Assembly: GCF_030684315.1 (NCBI RefSeq)
Contig: NC_081393.1
Coordinates: forward strand, 2,194,281-2,238,263
Direction: 5' to 3'
DNA: 43,983 nucleotides
From: Stegostoma tigrinum
Lineage: Eukaryota
Position numbers and translations under genes: made by a program. Shown piece after piece: positions 1 through 10,300 of this stretch (position 1 is its first letter; the number at the start of each line of letters is the position of its first letter). The notes below the pieces were generated by a model, which did no database searches, was not told the DNA's origin, and saw nothing but the letters and a program-made list of their open reading frames with translations.

Positions 1-30
1 GCAGACACAGAAAGAGAATAACAACAGTAT
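1..30 (-). other. Polypyrimidine tract, probably of the next beta-TrCP-like splice acceptor just outside the window
   Basis: The minus strand reads ...tgttattctctttctgtgtctgc up to position 1. The AG and the next WD40 exon would follow outside the window. Confidence 0.5.
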
Positions 31-204
31 TGCTGTAGTTGAAACACAGACCCTTTTACCTGGAGGAGCTTGACTATGAAAGGATGAGTCACTGTGCTCA
101 GAATGACCCTCTAGTCAGTCACACAGTGCACCCTCACTGCTGTCAAGCAGCGCATATCACTGAGAAATAGCAACACCATAAAGTACTCCAGCCCCGTAAA
201 CCTT

Positions 205-1028
205 CTCCAGCACCCACTGAGGCTGGGACTGACCTGACTACGAGCCAAACTCCAGCACCCACTGAGGCTGGGACTGACCTGACTACGAGCCAAACTCCAG
301 CACCCACTGAGACTGGGACTGACCTGACTACGAGCCAAACTCCAGCACCCACTGAGACTGGGACTGACCTGACTACGAGCCAAACTCCAGCACCCACTGA
401 GACTGGGACTGACCTGACTACGAGCCAAACTCCAGCACCCACTGAGACTGGGACTGACCTGACTACGAGCCAAACTCCAGCACCCACTGAGACTGGGACT
501 GACCTGACTACGAGCCAAACTCCAGCACCCACTGAGGCTGGGACTGACCTGACTACGAGCCAAACTCCAGCACCCGCTGAGACTGGGACTGACCTGACTA
601 TGAGCCAAACTCCAGCACCCGCTGAGACTGGGACTGACCTGACTATGAGCCAAACTCCAGCACCCACTGAGACTGGGACTGACCTGACTATGAGCCAAAC
701 TCCAGCACCCACTGAGACTGGGACTGACCTGACTACGAGCCAAACTCCAGCACCCACTGAGACTGGGACTGACCTGACTACGAGCCAAACTCCAGCACCC
801 ACTGAGGCTGGGACTGACCTGACTACGAGCCAAACTCCAGCACCCACTGAGACTGGGACTGACCTGACTACGAGCCAAACTCCAGCACCCACTGAGGCTG
901 GGACTGACCTGACTACGAGCCAAACTCCAGCACCCCGCTGAGACTGGGACTGACCTGACTATGAGCCAAACTCCAGCACCCACTGAGACTGGGACTGACC
1001 TGACTATGAGCCAAACTCCAGCACCCAC
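205..1028. repeat. 45-bp intronic minisatellite, about 18 near-identical copies
   Basis: Unit CTCCAGCACCCACTGAG(A/G)CTGGGACTGACCTGACTA(C/T)GAGCCAAA, with one 1-bp insertion near 935. Explains the periodic 15-aa ORFs. Confidence 0.97.
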
Positions 1029-1196
1029 GTTAAACTCAACTTGGCTGCTCATCAAAAAGCTGACAATAATGAAGTTAAGAAAACTCAGCAGGGGCTCATC
1101 CAGTCACTCCCTGTCTACACCCAGCCTGGTTTGTACACAGCAGCGATGCCAAGGGCCACACTTAGCCAACTTCTGCAAATAAAAAGCTGCACACAC

Positions 1197-1315
1197 CTGA
1201 CTGTGGAGTCTGAGGAACCAGTGATAATCACTTTGTCATCATACTGTAGACACAGCACAGAGCCAGTGTGTCCTGTAAGAACATTCTTACATTCCAGCGT
1301 GTTCTTATCCCAGAT
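1197..1315 (-). CDS. beta-TrCP-like exon, WD40 repeat 2
   Basis: [40 protein letters not shown]; cctcag| ... GTCAG|GTGTGT; 119 bp. Confidence 0.97.
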
Positions 1316-4300
1316 CTGAGGAGGAAACAATCAGAAATCACCATGCGGTTACAGTTCAGTGTCATTCCCAATTCCCCAGCTCAGGGGCTCCTCAGTTCGC
1401 CCAGACTGGTGACTGACTGCATTCAGACCATCGGTAAACACTCCCCCGTTCCCTGGCTGGTGCACGTACCTTGATAGTGTTGTCTCGTAGACCACTGATG
1501 ATTTTCTCATCATCGTACTGTAAACAATAGACACCTTTGCTAGTTTCGCTGTGGCAGTGTATACGCTGTAAACCATGGTGCCCACACCTCCAGTTGGATT
1601 CAATGGTCTGAAAGGAGACACAAGCGTTTATCTGGTCACAGGTCGCGTGTGCAATCGGCTTGTGTTATTCAATCTCTTCAACCCATCACTGACCTGTCTC
1701 TTGCTCAAAGTCATCAGCAACCTTTACCCCAACTCAAAATGGTTAAAATCCCCAACTCCGCGTGATTCCTGACAGTCAGCATGGATTTGTGAGGGCTAGA
1801 TCATTCTTTGCAAACCTTACTGAATTCTTTGAAGAGGTGACCCAAACACATGGATGAAGGTGGAGCAATAGATGTGGTATATATGGATTTAAGTAAGGCG
1901 TTTGGTAAGGTTCCCCATGGTAGGCTCATGCAGAAGGTAAGGAGGCATGGGATAGGGGGAAGTGAAGCAGATTGGATTCAGAATTGGCTGGCCCTGAGGA
2001 GACAAAGGGCGGTAGTGGATGGAAAATGTTCTACATGGTGCTCAGTTACGAGTGGTGTACCACAAGGATCTGTTCTGGGTCCTCTTCTATTTGTGATTTT
2101 TGGAAATGATTTGGATGAAGTAGTGGATGAGTGGATTAGCAAGTTTGCAGATGATACAGAGGTGGGTCGAGTTGTGGATAGTGCAGAGGGCTGTTCTAGG
2201 TTACAAAGGGACATTGATAGGATGCAGAGTTGGGCTGAGAAGTGGCAGATGGAGTTTAACCCTGAAAAGTGTGAGGTGATTGATTTTGGAGGGTCAAACC
2301 TGAAAGCAGAATACAGGGTTAACGGAAAGATTCTTGGCAGTGTGGGGAACAGAGGGATCTTGAGGTTCATGTTCATAGTTCCCCGAGAGGTGCCACCCAG
2401 GTGGATAGAAGTTGTTAAGAAGGCGCATGGTGTGTTAGCTTTCATTAATAGAGGGATTGAGTTCAAGAGCCGTGAATTTATGCTCCAGCTACACAAAAGC
2501 CTGGTTCGGCCACATCTGGAGTATTGTGTCCAATTCTGGTCGCCTCATTACAGGAAAGATGCGGAAGCATTGGAAAAGGTGCAGAGGAGACTTACCAGGA
2601 CGTTGCCTGGAATGGAGGGAAGGTCTTACGAGGAAAGGTTGAGAGGGCTCGAGCTTTCTCTTTAGAACGAGAAAGGACGAGAGGTGACTTGATAGAGGTG
2701 TACAAAATGACCAGAGATATAGATAGAGTGGACAGCCAGAGACTTTTTCCTTGGATGGAGGTAGCTATTACAAGGGGACATAGTTTTAAAGTGAGTGGAG
2801 GTGGATACACGGTAGACGTCGGAGGTAGGTTCTTTACTCAGAGTGGTCGGGGCTGCATGGCTAAAGAGGGTAGTGGAGTCAGCCTCATTAGGGACATTTA
2901 AACGGCTACAAGATAGGCATATGGATGATAGTATAAGGTAGGGGTGGAGGTTAGATAGACCTTAGGATTAGGGTAAAAGTTCGGCACAACATCATGGGCT
3001 GAAGGGCCCGTACTGTTCTATATTTTATGTCCACCCACTGCTGACATACCATCAATAATGCAGAGCGTGAGCTCTTCCTCTCGCTCTCTCTGCTCAAGCT
3101 ACTCTTTCCATTCTGTAGCTTTTCATAACTGCAGGTTTGCAGCAGCCACAGTATTTTGCTTTCACTGACAATTCCTGACTGCTCCCATCTGCTTGCACAA
3201 CACCATGGTCTGTTAGAGACAGTAGGAACTGCAGATGCTGGAGAATCTGAGATAACAAGGTGTAGAGCTGGATGAACACAGCAGGCCAAGCAGCATCAGA
3301 GGAGCAGGAAAGCTGATGCTTCGGGCCGAGACCCTTCTTCAGAAAATGGAGAGGCCCGAAACGTCAGCTTTCCTGCTGCTCTGATGCTGCTTGGCCTGCT
3401 GTGCTCATCCAGCTCTACACCTTGTTATCTTACCATGGTCTGCTATCTTCCTATCCCCTGTACGACTGTCAGAACTACTTACTGCTGAACACCTCACACA
3501 CAGGCCGTTTGAGAGGAAATGGGGACTGAGATCTGGAGAAGGGACGTGAATGACCCTGCTGTGGAGCAATGCAGAATACCATCCCTTATTCGTCAAGTCC
3601 AGCAAAAACCCCATCCCACATCGCCACCCCTTCTCCCTGCTGAGTTTGAGGACTGCAATTTCAAATTCCATTCCAGAGAGTTGAGCAATGCCGATGCAGT
3701 ACTGTGAGAATGCTGCCATATTGGAGGTGGATAACAGCTGGGGAATTCTTCCTTGCTTCATCCCAGAGCCAACATCTGAGGGAGGTCTGGCCATTGCTCT
3801 GTCAACTCCTTTGGGAGATCTTGCTGAAATCAATTGGCTGCGTTTCTGTGCAGTGACACGCAAACACCCACTTCTTTCAACAAAACTCAGTTTTCTCAAT
3901 GACAAAGCAGCTACCTCTTACCTCAATGTCCTGTATGATCTGGGGATACAGTGATCTGTAGAAGGAATCTGGAGGCAACATTCCATCAGAGGGCTTGTTT
4001 TTGAACAGATACTGGATCCTGCAACGTAAAAAGGTTCATGAGGATCTACGTTTTGACACGAGAATCTCTGCCACTTTGATCAAAAACAGTGACTGCACTT
4101 TATCGCAGAGAGGGAGCACCCGGCCAGTTATCTGTAGCCATATTATAACTGATTGATTCACTGAAGACAAAAACGCACAGGCAATAGATGTAAACATCAA
4201 CCACAGATATCACTGCTCGCAAGTGTTCCAGCAGCTTCATACCGAGTTGTTTGGAGTTTGAAGGGTGGCTTTTCAATTAAAAAGGTCAAAGAGATCTCCC

Positions 4301-7300
4301 TGCTGACAAGCATTTGGACAGAGACATGGATGGGGAATAGGTACGAAGGGATATGGACCAAAGACAGGTACACGGGACTAGCTGAAATTGTGAAAACTGA
4401 GCAGGGCATGGACAGGCTGGGCAGAAGGACCTGTTTCCATGCTGTAGACCTCGAGCACTGCGATGCTTCCTCCATTTTTTTTTGCTGTCAAGAACGAAGC
4501 CTTGTGGTACAGAAGCTTTTGACCCCTCTCCACTCTGCAGTCAATGTCTGCAAGCAGAAACCCTCTCTTTGGCCTTCAGCAGGTACGTGTTTGGGGTTAT
4601 GTTCACGTTCCAAACTCAGGCCGTTAACCACTTCTACATCATCATCAACATAAACAGAAATTGCTGGAGACGCTCAGCAGGTCTGACAGCATCTGTGGAG
4701 AGAAATCACAGTTAACGTTTCAGGTGGACTGACCCTTCCTCAGAACAGACACACAGCAGCTTTAATGATCAAAGCCAGACCAAGAAAGTTTCTCCTCTGA
4801 ATGTGCAGTGCAACAAATAGCCAGGGCAAGTCATAAATCAACCCCCTCACTTCTCCGCATTCCAGCTCTTGTTCATTTCACGCAGAATAATATCCTGACC
4901 CTCGGAGGGATCGTGTAGGGAGACTCCCACTGTGGCAACTCTGGGCCAGAAGCCCTGGGTACAAGCCCCACCAGCTCCAAACAGTGTGGTATGACATTGC
5001 CAAGCTCCAGCAACACAGAGGCTCTGGGTCCGAGAGAGGGAGGATGGGAAGGATTCAGACCCTCATTTGACCTTTGATGAGCATCAGTTTAATTCTGCAT
5101 CAGTTACATACATGAGAATCAGTGAGAGGCTGTACAACAGGAGACATCCCGGCATCTCCTCAATCAGGCACTCTCCCAGCAGCCTGCAGACCCCAAACCC
5201 AGCCGCAGTCCTTACCATCCCCTCCCCTCCCCTCCACCATCCTCTCCCCTCCCAGCAGCCTGCAGACCCCGACCCCAGCTGCAGTCCTTACCATCCCCTC
5301 CCCTCCTCTCCCCTCCACCATCCTCTCCCCTCCCAGCAGCCTGCAGACCCCGACCCCAACCGCAATCCTTACCATCCCCTCCCCTCCCAGCAGCCTGCAG
5401 ACCCCGACCCCAACTGCAGTCCTTACCATCCTCTCCCCTCCCCTCCCAGCAGCCTGCAGACCCCAGCCCGAACCGCAGTCCTTACCATCCCCTCCTCTCT
5501 GATAACCCCTTCCAGAGGGAATCCGTGCGCACCATTCGCTCCATCAGTTTCTTCCAGAGCATCCCGTCGGATATGACCCGGTACCACTCCTTACAGACCA
5601 GCTCAGCGGCACACAGGGAGCGGGCATCCAGGAACGACAGGATGTTCTCTGCAATGTGGTCCAGGCCACGGGCTGCACAACGAGACACAAGACAAGGTGA
5701 GAATGAACCAACTGAGGCAGTGCACCAGCTTAACCTAAGCATGGGGCTCAGCTCCAACTAACCCCAATCCATCAGCAGACCCTGAGCCTCTCACTGATGC
5801 TGGGTGTTGGCACAGACTTGGGCCCTAAACACCAATGTCTCCTGTGTTATAAAGTCTGGGCAGAGGCCACCACAGTCCACAGCAAGGCCATTCAGCCCCT
5901 CAGACCTTCTACACCATTGAACAAAGTCAGGTCTGATCTGTGACCATACTCCATTCCTTTCCATCACCTCTCCCAAGTTCATGAAAATCTCGCTGGATTT
6001 CCTCAGATTCTTACTGACCAGGGAGTCCAGCGAGGGATCCCCAGACTGATTCTCGGGAGAGGAGGACTGGCATTTGAGGAAAGACTAGAATCGACTGGGC
6101 TTGCACTCACTGGAATTTAGAAGAATGAGGGAGCTATCTCATAGAAGGATATAAAATCCTGATGAGACTGGGCAGGGTCGATGTGGGAAGGATACTCCCA
6201 GTGCTGGGGAAGTCCAGAACGAGGGGTCACAGTCTAAGAATAAAGGGTAAGTCATTCAGGAGTGAAATGAGGAAGAATTCCCTCACTCAGAGATTTGTGA
6301 AGCTGTTGTGGTCAGTTCATTAGATATATTCAAGAGGGGGCTGGATGTGGCCCTTGTGGCTAAAGGGAATCAAGCAGAGAAAGTGGGAGTGGGATACTGA
6401 GATTGTATAATCAGCTGTGGTCACACTGAATGGTGGTGCAGGCTCAAAGAGGTGAATAGCCTGCTCGTGGCATCTATTTTCTAATTGTCTATCACCTCAA
6501 ATTTTAAAAATCTGCAGCAGAAGCCGTAAAGTGATCTATATTCGTGCTGGACGTTTACACAAGAGCCTAGCAGTTAGTTCCACAGCCCGGAATTTGGATG
6601 GTTCTGAACTAATTCCCACCAATGTCTGTGTGGATTTGCAGCTTCTGGTGCTACTTTCTGCTATTTTGGGAAGTGTTGTTGTGGGCAGGATGATCACTCT
6701 GTCTGAGAACTTGGGTTACCTCACTGTCAGTTTCCATCTTAAATCCACAAATCATCGCAATCTCTCTTGGTCCCCTTCCCAACTTCCAATTTTCTAAGAC
6801 CTTTGTTCTTTTGACAAAAGCAGTACAGGCCAAATTGTAAACTGGACATAACAGAGTCATAGGGCTGGGCAGCACAGAAACGGGTCCTTCAGTCCAACTC
6901 ATCCACGTCGACCCGATATCCTAAATTAGTATCCAGACCCGTATCCCTCTGAACCCTTCCCATCCAGCTGCCTTTTAAATGATGTCGCTCTACCAGCTTC
7001 CACCACTTCCTCTGGCAGCTCATTCCACCCTCTACTTGAGAAAAAGTGCCCCTCAAGCCCCTTTTAAATCCTCCCCCTCTCACCTTAAACCTGTAGTTTT
7101 GGATTCCCCTACCCTGGGGAAAAGACTTTGGTTATTCATCTAATCCGTGCCCCTCATGGTCTTAAAAACTGCCCTTCAGCCCCCAACACTCCGGGGTAAA
7201 CGGCCCCAGTGTATTCAGCCTCTGCCCAAAGCTCAAACCCACTCCCCCCACAACCCTGCCAAGAGCATTGGAAATCTTTTCTATGCCCTTTCAAGTGGCA

Positions 7301-10300
7301 TGGAGAAAGACACTGTGTTCAGAAGGTTATGGAAAGGTTTTATCAACAGTGACCTCAAATGGGGCCGAAGATACAAGATGATGATGCTAAACCACTGTAG
7401 CTACATGGTTCATCTTCAGATCGATCACCGTGCCCAAGTCTGGATGCTACCATTCGGATCAAGACTGGCGCTGTGCTTGTTGGCCTGGGCAAAGTTAACA
7501 GGAACTTTCAGAGCTGTGTGAAATGACAGGGGGTTTCAGGTCATGGTGTTTGTATTGGCAGCAGGATCAGGTGACCAGAGGAGAGGGGGTCCTGGTAAAT
7601 TCTAAAAGAACTCAGATGCTGGGGGCAGGTGAGGAGGATTCACTTGTTAAACGCAGTGAGAGAGGTTGCTGTGATGAGAATGCTTTGCTTGATAGGGAGC
7701 TGAGTCAACGCTAACTATCGAAGGGATTGGGAGACCACGTTGAAAAGGAAAAGATCTACAAAGCTGTGCAGAAAGAGGAACCAACGGAACGTTTGTTCAA
7801 AAGAGCCAGCACAGGCACGACAGGCGAATGGAGTGTTTGGGATGACGGGCATGGGCATGGAGTCCCACGTGAGTTGGGTGGTGTTCACTGTCCCTCTCCT
7901 CCCTGTGTGTACCTGGCAGCACCGTGATGAAGTCCCTCTGAAGCATGGGCTTAAGGTAAGAGTTGATGTGCCCGTGTTGGTAGTGACACATTCGGGATAT
8001 CAGGTTCTCGACAAATTCCACCTGATCGGTTTCAGTCCACTGGTCGAAGTATTTTACACACTGCTCCTTCTGTTTCTCATAGCTGGTCGATGGTGCATGC
8101 TGCTTCGTTGGTATCATGCTCGGCGTGCCATTGCTGAGTTTCGTCTGGAAAGGAATGAGAGTTTGTTCTTAAGAGAAACAGAATTCTGGTTAGGTGCAGC
8201 AGTATTTTTTTCTAGTATTGAGAGAAGGTACAAGTATCAACCTGCGGCAGTTTCACAGGCACACAGCAGATAGATGGGAAAAGCAGGCGGAGACAGGGAG
8301 GAGAAAGGAGGGGTTGGACGAATTTGAAAAGCTCAGTCCAAGAGATTTTTATCCAGGGTCTTGCAGGAGGAAAACAAACGTGCTGCATTGTAAAGTGAAT
8401 GGTTGTTTGACGGGGGGAGGGGGGGGGGGGGGCGGCGATATAACAGGCTGAGAGGTGCAGTGGGTGGCAGAGCAGAGGCTGTAGCTGGAGCAACACAGCG
8501 TTTGAAGATAAAGACTGGGGTACGAGAGGATAATTTCAACTTGAGGAGGCTCTGCAAGCGGCCACGTGCAAAGCAAACACTCTGACCTCATTCCCTCAGC
8601 ACGAATAGTTCATTGGTTTGCACAGCCCGTGTCTTAACCAGCAGGTTAGATCACAGCTAGCTGGTCAACACTTGACAGGAAGTTCACGCTAAATGGGTTG
8701 CTTTGAGGACACAGTGTTCAAAGTGGCTGGAATCCTCCCTCCCCGGCTTCAAAACACCAGCTCCATGGTGGGCAATTTGGTGGCGTTTGAACAAGGCGGG
8801 CGGCCCGTCGATATAGTCAGTCACAATGTCGCGAGGTATTGTCACCTGATTAAATGTGTTCTTTCCCAATACAAGTTTCTTAGGGGGTTCAGCCTCATTA
8901 AGGTCATCGCGTCCAGACGCATTCTGGAGAGAGATGAGAGAAATCAAAACAGAGAGAGAGAGAAAGAGAGAGAAAACACAGCAGGTCAGATTTGGAGCTT
9001 CGCAAGGTCAAGCCATTCAAGAAAAAAACACCCATAAAGGTAAAGCAAAGGGAACAGGAGAAGGCGAACAAAGCAACAATGGGCTCAGCGAGTTACAATG
9101 ACTGCTGCAATGTGCTTAGTGTCAACTCCAGTTCGAGTTAATATTGGGTGTTCATTCAAAGCCACTTCACCCCACCTCCCCTGACAAACAACCTGATTGT
9201 GGCTTCTTACACAAATACCTGGCTTGAATTATTTACTACTTTTCTTACAACTTTACTTATAGGTAAACTGCAGACCCTTTCTAACAAGGGGCTAGAATGT
9301 CTGCCGTTGCATAAAGTGTACCTGAGTGATCTGACACTGAATTAATAACATCGCACAGACAGACCCTGTGGCTCAGGCCCTATGTGTCTGCGCCTAACCC
9401 CAGTGCACCGTTACCAATGTTCTGCTCAGTTCCAAAGCAGGGTCACTGTTTCTGTCTCTCTCTGCAGATGCTGCCAGACCTGCTGAGTTGGCGTAGTAAC
9501 GCACATTTCCGTTTCAATGTTTTGGCCAGCACCGTTTCCAGCCTGACATACTCACCTCACCTTCAACGTCATCTGCCTGCTCCCTGGGAACTCCAGGAGT
9601 TCATTCCCACGAGCGTCAGCCCCAGTGTTTGTGTATTGGGGTGGGGGGGCAACGGGAGAAGGAATACCATGTATTTTAATGCCCTCACTTTCCAACTGGT
9701 CCATCCCATTCGTTTGCGATTTAAACTCTGCGACAAAATCACCTCTGTTCTTTTCTGTTCTATCCTCATTTTCACAGCTCCCTTCACATTTACTCAAACC
9801 ACACAGCAGTGAATGCATTTGTGCTGCTCTCTGCCTCTCTTCCACAGTTATACTGCTCCACACAAACAAGACAGTGAGAAGGCCATTCTGCTCACAAGCT
9901 TGCTCTGCCATCTCGTGGGCGATCTGATGCCAACCCAGCCCAGCCTGTCTCCGCTTCCCTAACCTGTTCTTCCTCTCACCCATCCCTTACTCCCACCTCA
10001 AGCCGCACCTCCATTTCCTACCTACCACCCCATCCCGCCTCCTTGACCTGTCCGTCTTCCCTGGACTGACCTATCCCCTCCCTACCTCCCCACCTATACT
10101 CTCCTCTCCACCTATCTTCTTTTCTCTCCATCTTCAGTCCGCCTCCCCCCTCTCCCTATTTATTCCAGTTCCCTCTCCCCATCCCCCTCTCTGATGAAGG
10201 GTCTAGGCCCGAAATGTCAGCTTTTGTGCTCCTGAGATGCTGCTTGGCCTGCTGTGTTCATCCAGCCCCACACTTTGTTATCACGACGGCACATTCAGTT

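Noticed and set aside
205-1028. CRISPR-like array, or mucin-like/repeat protein ORFs (314, 249 and 113 aa)
   Set aside because: The units are contiguous with no unique spacers and there are no cas genes. The context is a vertebrate intron, and the ORFs follow from a stop-free 45-bp unit.
1850-2901. Functional or domesticated reverse transcriptase gene
   Set aside because: It is a 5'-truncated, frameshifted ordinary CR1 copy with no endonuclease domain or ORF1.
5067-5576. Plus-strand Pro/His-rich ORFs
   Set aside because: These are translations of the C-rich tandem repeat, antisense to the real F-box exon.
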